A stretch of 37,114 nt of DNA, from positions 1 through 37,114 of the IMG/VR virus record IMGVR_UViG_3300029084_000052. One strand, 5' to 3'. Positions 10,766 through 19,425 of the stretch are shown here, piece after piece (the first letter of the stretch is position 1; every line of letters begins with the position of its first letter). A program made the translations under genes and the position numbers. Origin of the DNA: a virus. Taxonomy: Duplodnaviria; Heunggongvirae; Uroviricota; Caudoviricetes. The notes below the pieces were generated by a model that was not told where the DNA came from, ran no database searches, and worked only from the letters and a program-made list of their open reading frames with translations.

Positions 10766-10791
10766 ATTTTCTTAAACGTTGGTTTGGGAGA
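10766..10791. repeat. Invertase crossover site A (26 bp, imperfect dyad, core TT)
   Basis: TTTTCTTAAACG TT GGTTTGGGAGAA; the right half-site is the inverted copy of the left half-site of site B. Confidence 0.6.
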
Positions 10792-11236
10792 AGGTGCTCC
10801 AGCTATTGGCGTTCCGTTCTTCTGGCCGTCCGCTGCAATGCCAAATACTGTAATCGACAGCTGGTCCAGTATGGTGTTTTTGAAGTTCAACGGCGCGAAA
10901 TTCTCTGCCACTGATTATCCTGTGCTGGCGAAAGTATTTCCTTCGCTGGTATTACCTGAAGCCCGCGGTGATTTCATTCGTATCTGGGATGACGGACGAG
11001 GTGCAGACGGTGGTCGCGAATTATTAAGCTGGCAGGCAGCTACAAACTTTTCTCAGTTTGCCGGGAATATAGGCGAAGGTGCGGGACACGCAATTAACTT
11101 TCATGATGGCATCGCCGGAAATCAGCCAGGATTTTCACGATTTAATTTCACCAGTAACTCTGTGGGTGATGGTGTGAATTTTGTTGCTGTCAGACCGCGC
11201 AATATTGCATTTAACTTTCTGGTGAGGGCTAAATAA
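10780..11236 (+). CDS. Alternative tail-fibre C-terminal segment, silent in this orientation and fused to the H constant region only after inversion
   Basis: Reading frame open across site A (..LGLGEGAPAIGVPFFWPSAAMP..) with no start or promoter of its own; its stop overlaps the next ATG (TAATG). Confidence 0.55.
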
Positions 11237-11829
11237 TGAAACCTGTTTTTGATAAAAATGGGCTGGCTACAGTGCCGGGCGATATGCGTTGTTTTTATTA
11301 TGATGCTGAAACATCTGAGTATACGGGCTGGTCTGATGAATATATTAATACTGGCGTAAGTATGCCCGCCTGTTCCACTGGTATTGACCCTGGCGAAAAC
11401 ATTCCGGGAAGAGTGGCAGTATTTACAGGTAAGGGATGGAGCCATGAAGAAGACCATCGCAATGAGACTGTTTACTCAATCGAAAATGGTGCTGCTGTTA
11501 CAGTGGATTATATCGGTGCCATCAAAAACGGTTATGTCACGCTTTCACCGTTAACGCCATATGATAAATGGGATGGTGAGAAATGGGTGACAGATACTGA
11601 GGCACAACACGGTGCCGCAGTAGACGCGGCAGAAGCACAGCGCCAGTCACTGATTGATGCTGCAATGGCTTCCATCAGTCTGATTCAGCTGAAATTACGG
11701 GCCGGACGGAAGCTAATGCAGGCAGAAACCACCCGACTTAACATTGTGCTGGATTACATTGACGCGGTGACGGCAACAGATACCAGCACCGCGCCTGATG
11801 TCATCTGGCCTGAGCTGCCGGAGGCGTAG
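11236..11829 (+). CDS. Alternative tail fibre assembly protein (U'/G' analogue)
   Basis: 197-aa ORF coupled to the alternative fibre segment; its C-terminus DTSTAPDVIWPELPEA parallels the minus-strand assembly protein C-terminus DTSTAPDIEWPTPP. Confidence 0.65.
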   Translation: MKPVFDKNGLATVPGDMRCFYYDAETSEYTGWSDEYINTGVSMPACSTGIDPGENIPGRVAVFTGKGWSHEEDHRNETVYSIENGAAVTVDYIGAIKNGYVTLSPLTPYDKWDGEKWVTDTEAQHGAAVDAAEAQRQSLIDAAMASISLIQLKLRAGRKLMQAETTRLNIVLDYIDAVTATDTSTAPDVIWPELPEA

Positions 11830-12244
11830 GCCATTCAATATCGGGTGCTGTTGACGTATCAACACGCATCAGCAGCACACGGTATTTCTTCCATTGGGTG
11901 AGAGTTGAAGTTTCTTCATCAGTTGCGATACCAGCATCAACAGCATCCTGACGCCAGGATATTTCACTGTCAGCTTTTGCACGAAATGTGGCTTTCATGT
12001 TTTCTGCATCTGATATTTTCTGTTCTGGTGAAAGCGGCGGCTCATCAACCCATGCAAGGGTCCCTGAAACCATTCCCAGCATTTTTCCTGTTGGCTTATT
12101 TCCCCCATTAAATCTGACAGCATCCTCATCGCTGATTTCAATACCATCCTGCGGCCATGTCCCCTCCTTGATATAACTTTCATATAGCGCTGCGTTGTAG
12201 ATTGCATTTTCGGACGGGCTGTAAACACTTTTAACTTTATTCAT
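11801..12244 (-). CDS. G: Tail fibre assembly protein (gpG-like), active orientation
   Basis: 147-aa ORF directly downstream of H on the minus strand. Confidence 0.7.
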   Translation of the reverse strand: MNKVKSVYSPSENAIYNAALYESYIKEGTWPQDGIEISDEDAVRFNGGNKPTGKMLGMVSGTLAWVDEPPLSPEQKISDAENMKATFRAKADSEISWRQDAVDAGIATDEETSTLTQWKKYRVLLMRVDTSTAPDIEWPTPPAAQAR

Positions 12245-12248
12245 TCTG

Positions 12249-13688
12249 TTATCTCCCTTTCGCTATATAGCAAAGATTAAACCCACCGGCGCCTGACATA
12301 CGGGCTGTAAAACCCGTTCTTGAAGTACCAGTTGAGTTAACTCCATAAGCAGGCATGGTTGCTGGAGAAAGCAGAGACTCCTGGATATCTGCCATTGTCA
12401 GTGTAATTGATTCGACCCGCGCGGGGAAAGGTAGCGGGAAAACAACATTCGTCCCTGTCTGTCCAACGGGGAAACCGAAAATACCCCATTGTGTAATTAC
12501 CCCATCCGGCCCCTTACTCCATCCAGATTTAGGATTCGGCCAGTCTGCTGCTCCAGAGTGCCCCGTTGTAAAACTACTCATATCTGGTACTTGCCCGGTA
12601 TCCGTTCCGACGTTCCTCGTTGCCGCTTCTCCCAAACCAAGGTATGTGAGAAGACCAGCTACATCCTTTCCACTCAAATTGGTAAGCGTATTGTCCAGCG
12701 GTTGTTTACCTGCCAGCGCATTAAGCATTGTCGTGGCAAAGTTCGGATCATTCCCCAGTGCCGCCGCCAGTTCGTTCAGTGTATCCAGTGCAGCAGGTGC
12801 AGAACCCACCATTCCTGCAATCGCCGATTTCACAAAAGCCGTAGTGGCAATCTGTGTATTGTTGACCGACTGCGCCGCCGTGGGGGCTGTTGGCTTTCCG
12901 GTGAGTGCCGGACTCGACAACGGTGCTTTTAGTGCCAGCGCATTGTTAATGGTGGTACTGAAATTCGGATCATTGTTAATGGCTGCGGCTATTTCTTTCA
13001 GCGTGTCCAGCGTGGCTGGCGCACCATTAATAAGGGCCGTCAGTGCCGCCTGTACAAACGCAGTGGTCGCAACCTGCGTGGTATTATTTCCCGCCGCTGG
13101 CGTTGGCGCTTTGGGGGTTCCGGTAAATGTCGGGCTGGCTTTTGGCGCGTACTGTGAATGCGGGTCCGGTGCGGCAAGATGTTTTGCCATCTGATCATCC
13201 GCGTACACCTTCAGCTCCAGTGCCTTGTCATCCACATACTTGCGGGTTGCCAGCACTACAGCAGGGTCGATTTTCAGGGTGATATTGTCCGTGCTGCTGG
13301 TAATCAGCACCATGCGCACGGTCTGAGTGCGCCCGCTACCTTCAGCCAGTTGCGGCTTATAGCTTTCCGGGCAGTTGCCCACGGCAATCAACGCCCCAGA
13401 CTCATCAAACAAGCCCACTTCACGTATCCACCAACCGCCCTCGTTTTCAGGGATCACCTGTTCGGCAATAATCTGGCTGCTGTTCTGCGGGTCGATATAA
13501 AGCATATTCAGCGCAGCCCGGCGTTTCTCATTTACCAGTGCCGTCTGCTTTGCGTCCGGCGTTGGCAATACTCCACCGCCATCGCCCACCGCCATATGGG
13601 TAATTTTTAGCGGCACACCGAGCGCGGCGGCGCTGGCAAGTTTCGCCGCGCCAATATCCGTCAGCAGGGTATAAAATTTTGTGCTCAT
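12249..13688 (-). CDS. H: Tail fibre protein H, with constant N-terminal part outside and variable C-terminal part inside the invertible segment
   Basis: 479-aa ORF with Ala/Thr-rich repeats; crossover site B lies at about codon 346 (..LLTYLGLGE..). Confidence 0.8.
   Translation of the reverse strand: MSTKFYTLLTDIGAAKLASAAALGVPLKITHMAVGDGGGVLPTPDAKQTALVNEKRRAALNMLYIDPQNSSQIIAEQVIPENEGGWWIREVGLFDESGALIAVGNCPESYKPQLAEGSGRTQTVRMVLITSSTDNITLKIDPAVVLATRKYVDDKALELKVYADDQMAKHLAAPDPHSQYAPKASPTFTGTPKAPTPAAGNNTTQVATTAFVQAALTALINGAPATLDTLKEIAAAINNDPNFSTTINNALALKAPLSSPALTGKPTAPTAAQSVNNTQIATTAFVKSAIAGMVGSAPAALDTLNELAAALGNDPNFATTMLNALAGKQPLDNTLTNLSGKDVAGLLTYLGLGEAATRNVGTDTGQVPDMSSFTTGHSGAADWPNPKSGWSKGPDGVITQWGIFGFPVGQTGTNVVFPLPFPARVESITLTMADIQESLLSPATMPAYGVNSTGTSRTGFTARMSGAGGFNLCYIAKGR
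12627..12652. repeat. Invertase crossover site B (26 bp, core AA), inside gene H
   Basis: TTCTCCCAAACC AA GGTATGTGAGAA; half-sites match 10 of 12 as a dyad, and a 13-bp stretch is shared in inverted orientation with site A. Confidence 0.6.
12714..13136 (-). repeat. Internal tandem duplication of about 70 codons within tail-fibre gene H
   Basis: Two consecutive units read SPTFTGTPKAPT..TTAFVQAAL..LDTLKEIAAAINNDPNF.. and SPALTGKPTAPT..TTAFVKSAI..LDTLNELAAALGNDPNF.. Confidence 0.6.
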
Positions 13689-14290
13689 GGATTCACTCTC
13701 ATTGTGTCAATAACATGGACCGCCCCGCCTTCATGCGCGGTGCCACCGGAAATAATCGTTTCGTTGATATACGGATAGATCGTGATTTCTTCGCCAAGAT
13801 AGCTGGCGGCTCCCACCCAATGCGGGCCGCTGGTCTGCAGATTGATGGACATGCCGATCATGTGGCGGCTACATGGTTTGGCATCGCTTATCAGTCGCTC
13901 AAGTTCCAGATAGGTATCTTCAGTGATGCCCTGGTCCTGCACGCCGATATCCAGGCGAAACGTGCCCGGTGTTTCTCCGGTCTGCCACCACTCAATAATG
14001 CGGATCAGGAATCCGAACGGCTCCACCACCCGCCGCACGGCACTGGTGGTCCCTTTATGCTGATGAATATAAAAAGCATCCTTCACCACCTGGCGCTTGA
14101 CGCTTTCTGTCCAGCCCTCGTCCCAGCGATCCACAGAGAACGCCCAGGCGAGATAAGGCAGGAAACTGACCGGACAGGTTGCCGGATTCCACAAGTCACG
14201 AAGCGGCACCTGCAGATCAGAAATCCCGCTGCAGGTTTGCGCCAGTCGGCGCTCCAGTGGTGTTGAACCCGGTGGCAGCAGACTATTCAT
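13685..14290 (-). CDS. I: Baseplate assembly protein I
   Basis: 201-aa ORF between J and H, in P2 gene order. Confidence 0.75.
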   Translation of the reverse strand: MNSLLPPGSTPLERRLAQTCSGISDLQVPLRDLWNPATCPVSFLPYLAWAFSVDRWDEGWTESVKRQVVKDAFYIHQHKGTTSAVRRVVEPFGFLIRIIEWWQTGETPGTFRLDIGVQDQGITEDTYLELERLISDAKPCSRHMIGMSINLQTSGPHWVGAASYLGEEITIYPYINETIISGGTAHEGGAVHVIDTMRVNP

Positions 14291-15191
14291 CCGTTCCTCC
14301 GTTGGTTACGCTCCACTGCGTACATGATGCCGCCTGTGTTTTGTTCAGGACCACATCCGCCAGAGGAGAAGCCAGCTCCACACGCTGCACCCCCTCAACA
14401 TGCAGGGCGGCAAAGATGGCGCTACGGCGAATATCCCGACCAAGACGCGTCTGACTGGCGATGTACTTCTGCAGGCTGGCTTTTGCCGCTGCCATTACCG
14501 GCTCTGCTTCCGGTCCAGGATAGAGAAAAATGGTGGCTTCCACGCGATACGGGATGATTTCTGCGCTGCGAACCGTAAGACGGTCAGCCACCGGGCGGAC
14601 GTTCTCACTGTTCAGAGCTTTTTCCACCACGTCCAGCAGGTCTTTTTCTGCAGTTCCATCGCCTTCGCGGCTAAGGACAGTCAGCACCACCTCTGCAGGT
14701 GCCGGGCTGGTTGCACTGGCATCCGCCACCCGACCGTCGGCGCTTCGGGCATGAAATTCATAAGCTGCAGTTGGCCCCGCAACAGAAAGCCCTTCAAAGG
14801 CTGCAGGCACACGCAGGCGCAACGCTTCATCGCTTTCCATCACAGCTGCAACGGGCGGCACAGCATCATTATCAGCAGGCGTCACCGTCAGGCGTGTCAC
14901 GTTGTAGTTGGCAGCGAGCTGGTCAAGATCGCCGCCCATCGCGTAAGCCACCATCACAGCATGCGCGGCTTCGTTAATGCGCTGGCGCAGAAGCAACTCA
15001 CGGTAAGCGTTCTCCTGAAGCAATTTGGTGACGGGTTCAGATTCCAGTTCCAGCGTGCGGATCACTGCTTCCTGCTCATCTTTCGGATGAAGCGCAACAA
15101 ATTCGGCCTTGCGTTCGGCAAGCAGCGTCTCAAAGTCCGGCACATCCACAATCTGCGGCGCAGGCAACTGCGAAAGGTCAATCACTGCCAT
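14283..15191 (-). CDS. J: Baseplate assembly protein J
   Basis: 302 aa from the ATG (MAVIDLSQL..); upstream codons begin with GTG; overlaps the W stop. Confidence 0.8.
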   Translation of the reverse strand: MAVIDLSQLPAPQIVDVPDFETLLAERKAEFVALHPKDEQEAVIRTLELESEPVTKLLQENAYRELLLRQRINEAAHAVMVAYAMGGDLDQLAANYNVTRLTVTPADNDAVPPVAAVMESDEALRLRVPAAFEGLSVAGPTAAYEFHARSADGRVADASATSPAPAEVVLTVLSREGDGTAEKDLLDVVEKALNSENVRPVADRLTVRSAEIIPYRVEATIFLYPGPEAEPVMAAAKASLQKYIASQTRLGRDIRRSAIFAALHVEGVQRVELASPLADVVLNKTQAASCTQWSVTNGGTDE

Positions 15192-15537
15192 TCTCTGCTC
15201 CTGTTGATACGGAAAGGGAAACAGGCACACCGTTATTACGCCGCCCGGTCAGCTCCACCACCATTGAACCGTCAAAATTGCTGTTAATGGTGATGGAATC
15301 CAGCGTCAGCCGTGGCTCCCAGCGACTCAGCGCCACATACACTGCCGACATGACCTGCAGGCGTAATGCCGGATTTTGTGGCTGGTCTATCAGTGCCGAC
15401 AGCAGGGAACCATATTCCCGACGGGCAATGCGGCTACCCTGCGGCGTCAGCAAAATGTCCCGCACCGACTGGCGCAGATGGTCAATATCAGTAATGGCTT
15501 TACCGCTGGTATTGTTCATCCCGCTATAAAGCGTCAT
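15178..15537 (-). CDS. W: Baseplate protein W
   Basis: 119-aa ORF at the P2 gpW position (GpW/gp25 lysozyme-like fold family), coupled to V and J. Confidence 0.75.
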   Translation of the reverse strand: MTLYSGMNNTSGKAITDIDHLRQSVRDILLTPQGSRIARREYGSLLSALIDQPQNPALRLQVMSAVYVALSRWEPRLTLDSITINSNFDGSMVVELTGRRNNGVPVSLSVSTGAENGSD

Positions 15538-16112
15538 ACCGGGCCTCCGGTTGCATCGCCGCCTTTCAGGACGCCAGTATGCTGATGCGCATCAACCACG
15601 ATCCCGTTAGAACTCATCGCTCCGCCGCCCTGAGTAACGCCACCATTGACCACCACTTCGCTGTTAATACGCGTGCACTCAGCCTCCAGCACAAACTCAC
15701 TGGTTTTCAGGGTGATGTTATCGGCAGCCTCAATGACCATGGATTTGATGCCCCTGACATACCAGCGCCCGGTGGCAGGTTCGTATTCAAACCAGCCACC
15801 GTCAGGATGTTCTGTCACGCAGGCGTCCGCCGACGTCGACGGTGGTGCGAACTGATTCGAATAGATGGCGGGCAGCGCAAAAGCTGTTTCCAGATTACCG
15901 CCCATACTCAGCAGCACCACCTGCTCACCTTCCGATGGTCGCCACCATGTCCGGGCATTCCCGGCACGCAGCGTCAGCCAGCTGATCCAGTTGGTTTCAA
16001 GGTCGCCCGTTTTCACCCGGCAAAGCCAGTTTGTCCTGTCCACTTCGGTGACTACCCCAGTGCGGATCAGGTTGGTGATAAGGCGCATGATTTCGGTTAA
16101 TTGTGCGTTCAT
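15534..16112 (-). CDS. V: Baseplate spike/hub protein V
   Basis: 192-aa ORF at the P2 gpV position. Confidence 0.75.
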   Translation of the reverse strand: MNAQLTEIMRLITNLIRTGVVTEVDRTNWLCRVKTGDLETNWISWLTLRAGNARTWWRPSEGEQVVLLSMGGNLETAFALPAIYSNQFAPPSTSADACVTEHPDGGWFEYEPATGRWYVRGIKSMVIEAADNITLKTSEFVLEAECTRINSEVVVNGGVTQGGGAMSSNGIVVDAHQHTGVLKGGDATGGPV

Positions 16113-16158
16113 AGGGAAAGGTTGCCATCAGGGGAAGAAAGGCGGCAGTGCTGCAACT

Positions 16159-16176
16159 TGTATCAGTGCTGATACA
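16159..16176 (-). promoter_or_regulatory. TGT-N12-ACA element upstream of V, candidate Ogr-dependent late promoter (PV-like)
   Basis: TGTatcagtgctgatACA in the short S-V intergenic region. Confidence 0.45.
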
Positions 16177-16180
16177 AAAA

Positions 16181-16627
16181 TCACCCCGCCAGCCATTGCA
16201 GAATCATGTCGCGGGTCATTGCCTCAACATCATCATTTACACCCAGAAGGCGACGCTCTGCGTAACGGACCTCCGGTCCTTTGCGGCTGACGCGATCACG
16301 TAAGCCGTAGTGATGAACACGGGCAATGCGCTGTACCTTGCCTTCAAACTGCACGCTGGCAGAGTCGGCGCTGGCGGAAGTTTTCAGGTATTTTGTGGTG
16401 CGCAGCTTTGCAAACATCTGACGTTTGATACGGCCTTTTTTACTGCGTGCTGTTACCCGTCGCGGTTCATAACTGCTGCCATCTGGATTGCGCTGCATTC
16501 TGATATTTTGCTGCTGTGTCCGGCGTAGTTCCTGCGCCAGCTGGCGCATCATGCGGCTTCTTGCGGCTGGCTCCAGATTCGCCAGCAAGGCACTCAGCCA
16601 GTCGTCCACTTTCTGCAGTTCAGCCAC
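16181..16627 (-). CDS. S: Tail completion protein S
   Basis: 148-aa ORF with an apparent GTG start, at the P2 gene S position. Confidence 0.7.
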   Translation of the reverse strand: MAELQKVDDWLSALLANLEPAARSRMMRQLAQELRRTQQQNIRMQRNPDGSSYEPRRVTARSKKGRIKRQMFAKLRTTKYLKTSASADSASVQFEGKVQRIARVHHYGLRDRVSRKGPEVRYAERRLLGVNDDVEAMTRDMILQWLAG

Positions 16628-17072
16628 GTTTCACCGTCCACATTTCTTCAGGTTCATCAGGTTCCGCTATAGCTTCAACGCTCGACACACTGCCGTCAGT
16701 GCTGACCAGCACACGCTCCGTCAGTTGCAGGTTGAGGCTGATATCACAGACATCGTTGCGCAGAATATCCACCTCAAAGGTGAATAGCTTTTCCCGTAAC
16801 GCCGGGTTATTGATGGCATCGGGCTGGTTATCACGCAGCCACAGCAAAACCGGGGCCATCAGCAGATTCTGGTCGCCGCTGAAATCCTCAATCACCACGT
16901 TCAGGGTGTAGCGGTACTCCCATGACATGGAGCTGGCCCCCGTGGCAACCAGCGAACCGTTATCCACAAACAGATGCAGTTTGTCCGGGTTATTGCGGAC
17001 ATAAGGCACCGCTTTATTGAGGGCGTGGCGCAGGGATTGTGGTTTGTTCACTGTTTCGCTCCTGACACGCAA
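16620..17072 (-). CDS. R: Tail completion protein R; start uncertain (TTG at 17072 or GTG at about 17051 after an AGGAG)
   Basis: About 143-150 aa ORF between the lysis genes and S. Confidence 0.65.
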   Translation of the reverse strand: MRVRSETVNKPQSLRHALNKAVPYVRNNPDKLHLFVDNGSLVATGASSMSWEYRYTLNVVIEDFSGDQNLLMAPVLLWLRDNQPDAINNPALREKLFTFEVDILRNDVCDISLNLQLTERVLVSTDGSVSSVEAIAEPDEPEEMWTVKRG

Positions 17073-17304
17073 TAATCATGTCTACTTTGTCTGCACAGAT
17101 CGCCCAGGCGGCCTCCGTTTCATCCAGCAACGCATTCAGATCACCGTTAGTGCGCGGTGCTGCCTGCTCCAGCCGACACGGCGTCACTCGCGGACAACCA
17201 CTGACGGTAAGCTGCACCTCCGGTGAGTACCGGACGTTCCCGCAGCCGGATAATGTCAGCAGGCAAAGGAGTATCAGCCCAGTGGCGTAAATCCTCGTTC
17301 TCAC
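17014..17304 (-). CDS. lysC: Outer-membrane spanin lipoprotein LysC (Rz1-like), nested out of frame within lysB
   Basis: Signal peptide with lipobox LTLSGC; embedded in the lysB region in another frame; no ATG, start appears to be GTG. Confidence 0.55.
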   Translation of the reverse strand: MRTRIYATGLILLCLLTLSGCGNVRYSPEVQLTVSGCPRVTPCRLEQAAPRTNGDLNALLDETEAAWAICADKVDMIIACQERNSEQTTIPAPRPQ

Positions 17305-17575
17305 GTTTCAGTTCCTCGATCCGGTGTTGTCGTTGTCTCAGCAGCGCGCTGGTCTGTTCTGCTTCGGCATAGAGCCGCGCCTGCTCCCGGTTATTGGTTT
17401 CAGTCAGAATGGACAGGCTGATAAGCTGGCTGTTGCTCTTTGCCAGTGCCTGGCTTTTGCTCTGCAGCTCGTCTGCCTGCGTGCTGATGGTCTGGCTGGC
17501 ATCAGCCAGCCGCCACGTCTGCCAGCCCAGCGCCGCCAGTAATAACGCCAGCACAACCAGCAGCAACCGGTTCAT
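17147..17575 (-). CDS. lysB: Inner-membrane spanin LysB (Rz-like)
   Basis: 142 aa with an N-terminal TM helix (LLLVVLALLLAALGW) and a coiled-coil body. Confidence 0.75.
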   Translation of the reverse strand: MNRLLLVVLALLLAALGWQTWRLADASQTISTQADELQSKSQALAKSNSQLISLSILTETNNREQARLYAEAEQTSALLRQRQHRIEELKRENEDLRHWADTPLPADIIRLRERPVLTGGAAYRQWLSASDAVSAGAGSTAH

Positions 17576-17949
17576 GCTGCTACCTGTTGAGCCATCTGAT
17601 TACGGGTGATCCAGAAGGCAATAACGGTCAGTAGATAAAAGACCAGGGTAATAGCCCACCCCGTCCAGGCGAGACTGACGACAATCAGCAATCGCATCAT
17701 CCAGCTGATAAATACGTTTTCTTTTCGGGTAATTGTCTTCAGCAAAGATGCCCTCAACTCCTGCCAGAGCGGGCCATTCTTAATTAACGCAGCCAGTGCT
17801 ACCGGAATTACCGCCCATGTCAGCAAACAGGCTACCCAAACGCCGGACGCTGCCAGTACCGGAAAAATCCCCTGCGGATACACCATTGCTTCGATTAACA
17901 GCGCCATCCATAACATCAGAAACAGCCCGCTGATTAATTTCTTTTTCAT
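17572..17949 (-). CDS. lysA: Lysis-timing membrane protein LysA
   Basis: About 125 aa from the ATG (MKKKLISGLF..) with several TM helices; sits between K and lysB. Confidence 0.7.
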   Translation of the reverse strand: MKKKLISGLFLMLWMALLIEAMVYPQGIFPVLAASGVWVACLLTWAVIPVALAALIKNGPLWQELRASLLKTITRKENVFISWMMRLLIVVSLAWTGWAITLVFYLLTVIAFWITRNQMAQQVAA

Positions 17950-17950
17950 T

Positions 17951-18463
17951 TCAGTTTGCTCCCTGTAAGCACCAGGCCATCTCCCGCGCACGGCGGTTAT
18001 CCAGCCCCTGATTAAACACACCTTTCACATAAACCCAGCGCGGCAACTGTCGGCACGCATCCGCCCAGCGCCGCTGATTGAGTAATTTCACCAGCGTGGA
18101 GCTGCAGGCATTACCTGTCCCCACGTTGAAGGCAAATGACACCACCGCGTCATACACTTTCTGCGGTGGCTGTTGCTTCACACACCTTTCCAGTGACCGC
18201 TCCACACGCAGCACGTTGGAGATAAGCCCTTCTGCTGCCTGTCGTTCCGTAATGGTTTTGCCGGGAATGACGCCAGATGTATTACCAATGCCGTCAGTCC
18301 ATACACCCGCGCTGCACTGATACGGCTGCAGACGACAGCCTTCGTAATCGGCAATCAGTTTCAGCCCCTCCACGGAGGTGTGAAGCTGCTGAAAACCCGG
18401 CAGCGTGGCAGCAATAGCCAGCACGGTCCCGACAAGGCAGCGTTTAACGATTGATGGATTCAT
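17951..18463 (-). CDS. K: Endolysin K (phage lysozyme)
   Basis: 170-aa ORF with a hydrophobic N-terminal stretch (possible SAR signal), at the P2 gpK position. Confidence 0.8.
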   Translation of the reverse strand: MNPSIVKRCLVGTVLAIAATLPGFQQLHTSVEGLKLIADYEGCRLQPYQCSAGVWTDGIGNTSGVIPGKTITERQAAEGLISNVLRVERSLERCVKQQPPQKVYDAVVSFAFNVGTGNACSSTLVKLLNQRRWADACRQLPRWVYVKGVFNQGLDNRRAREMAWCLQGAN

Positions 18464-18659
18464 AGTCCTCCCGCGAGATCTGCCCGTCGCGCAGAAGCTG
18501 GTAGGCTTTGTGTTTGTAGTACCAGTTGATAGCCAGCATCAGCACACCAATCATCAGGCCGCCCAGCGTTGAGGCATCCTTGATGGACAAATCGCCCAGC
18601 CAGGCCAGGACAACGGCGATGCAGTACGTGATAAAGGCGCTGATTCGCTCAAGCGTCAT
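18444..18659 (-). CDS. Y: Holin Y
   Basis: 71-aa ORF with two TM helices and a charged C-terminus, immediately upstream of the endolysin. Confidence 0.7.
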   Translation of the reverse strand: MTLERISAFITYCIAVVLAWLGDLSIKDASTLGGLMIGVLMLAINWYYKHKAYQLLRDGQISREDYESINR

Positions 18660-18662
18660 AAT

Positions 18663-18866
18663 TCAGTCCCATAGCTGGACGGTCTGCACGGTGGTGGTTG
18701 TCGGTATGTCCGGCAGCTCCACCTGCAGCCCGTGAGGTAAAAAGGGGCCGTATTCGGCAAGCCCCGGATTTGCCTTCAGTACCTGCTCCGTGACACCCTG
18801 CGTGCGCCCGTAATGACGCCAGCAAAGCGCGTCCACCGTGTCATACTGATACGCACGCACTTTCAT
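18663..18866 (-). CDS. X: Tail protein X
   Basis: 67-aa ORF of P2 gpX size at the gpX position. Confidence 0.75.
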   Translation of the reverse strand: MKVRAYQYDTVDALCWRHYGRTQGVTEQVLKANPGLAEYGPFLPHGLQVELPDIPTTTTVQTVQLWD

Positions 18867-19330
18867 CAGATAAGCTCCACTGTGCAGTGCGGCGCATCCT
18901 GCACCCGGCTGATGGCCCAGCGGGCGTCACGCCACAAATCACCGCTTGCTTCCGCCAGTTCCTCGCCCCGCTTCACACCAGACGCTGTGGCGTCATAGTC
19001 CTGATAACGCTCATTGAGCATGGCGCGTGCCCAGCAGTAAACCGCGTTGAAATAGTGCTGAATGCGCTCACTTTTGCCGTCCAGCTGTTCCGCCGGAACT
19101 TCTGCCAGCGAGGCATACCCCAGCATCTGCTGGCGTCTGCGAAACTCATACAGCTCTGCGTTGACCTCCGAAATTGCCGACAGGGCAACCTGCTTTAAAC
19201 GCGGCTGCGTCACCGTGCCGTCAGTGCGCATCACGCTGCGAAACTCCGACAGGTCCACATCAGGCCAGAACGGCGTATTTCTGATGATTTCCGCCTGTTC
19301 CGGTGCCTGTTCTGGCGCAACAAACTTCAT
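18866..19330 (-). CDS. L: Capsid completion protein L
   Basis: Start placed at the ATG (MKFVAPEQ..) preceded by AGGAG; the upstream in-frame start is GTG; the stop overlaps the X start. Confidence 0.7.
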   Translation of the reverse strand: MKFVAPEQAPEQAEIIRNTPFWPDVDLSEFRSVMRTDGTVTQPRLKQVALSAISEVNAELYEFRRRQQMLGYASLAEVPAEQLDGKSERIQHYFNAVYCWARAMLNERYQDYDATASGVKRGEELAEASGDLWRDARWAISRVQDAPHCTVELI

Positions 19331-19425
19331 GCTGCTTTCTCCTGAAATAGAGGGCGGTGGACGAGGTTTTGATGTGGCGGTGCCTTTCGCCACCCCGTGC
19401 CGCCCGTGCGCGGGGGCACGTTCTG

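Larger units (their letters stand above)
10766..12652. mobile_element. Invertible tail-fibre host-range segment (G-segment-like), about 1.9 kb
   Basis: Bounded by inverted crossover sites A and B; holds two alternative fibre C-terminal segments and two alternative assembly genes in opposite orientations, with the invertase adjacent. Confidence 0.7.

Noticed and set aside
11801-11829. Convergent overlap of the two tail-fibre assembly genes as a DNA-level inverted repeat or recombination site
   Set aside because: The similar C-terminal peptides (DTSTAPD..WP) are encoded at different nucleotide positions with different codons, so this is protein homology between alternative chaperones, not a crossover site.
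12355-13194. 279-aa plus-strand ORF antisense to tail fibre gene H
   Set aside because: Mirror frame of the repetitive Ala/Thr-rich H gene; H is strongly supported by synteny.
14400-15287. 295-aa plus-strand ORF antisense to J and W
   Set aside because: Overlaps two syntenic baseplate genes; Cys/His/Arg-rich, low-complexity translation.
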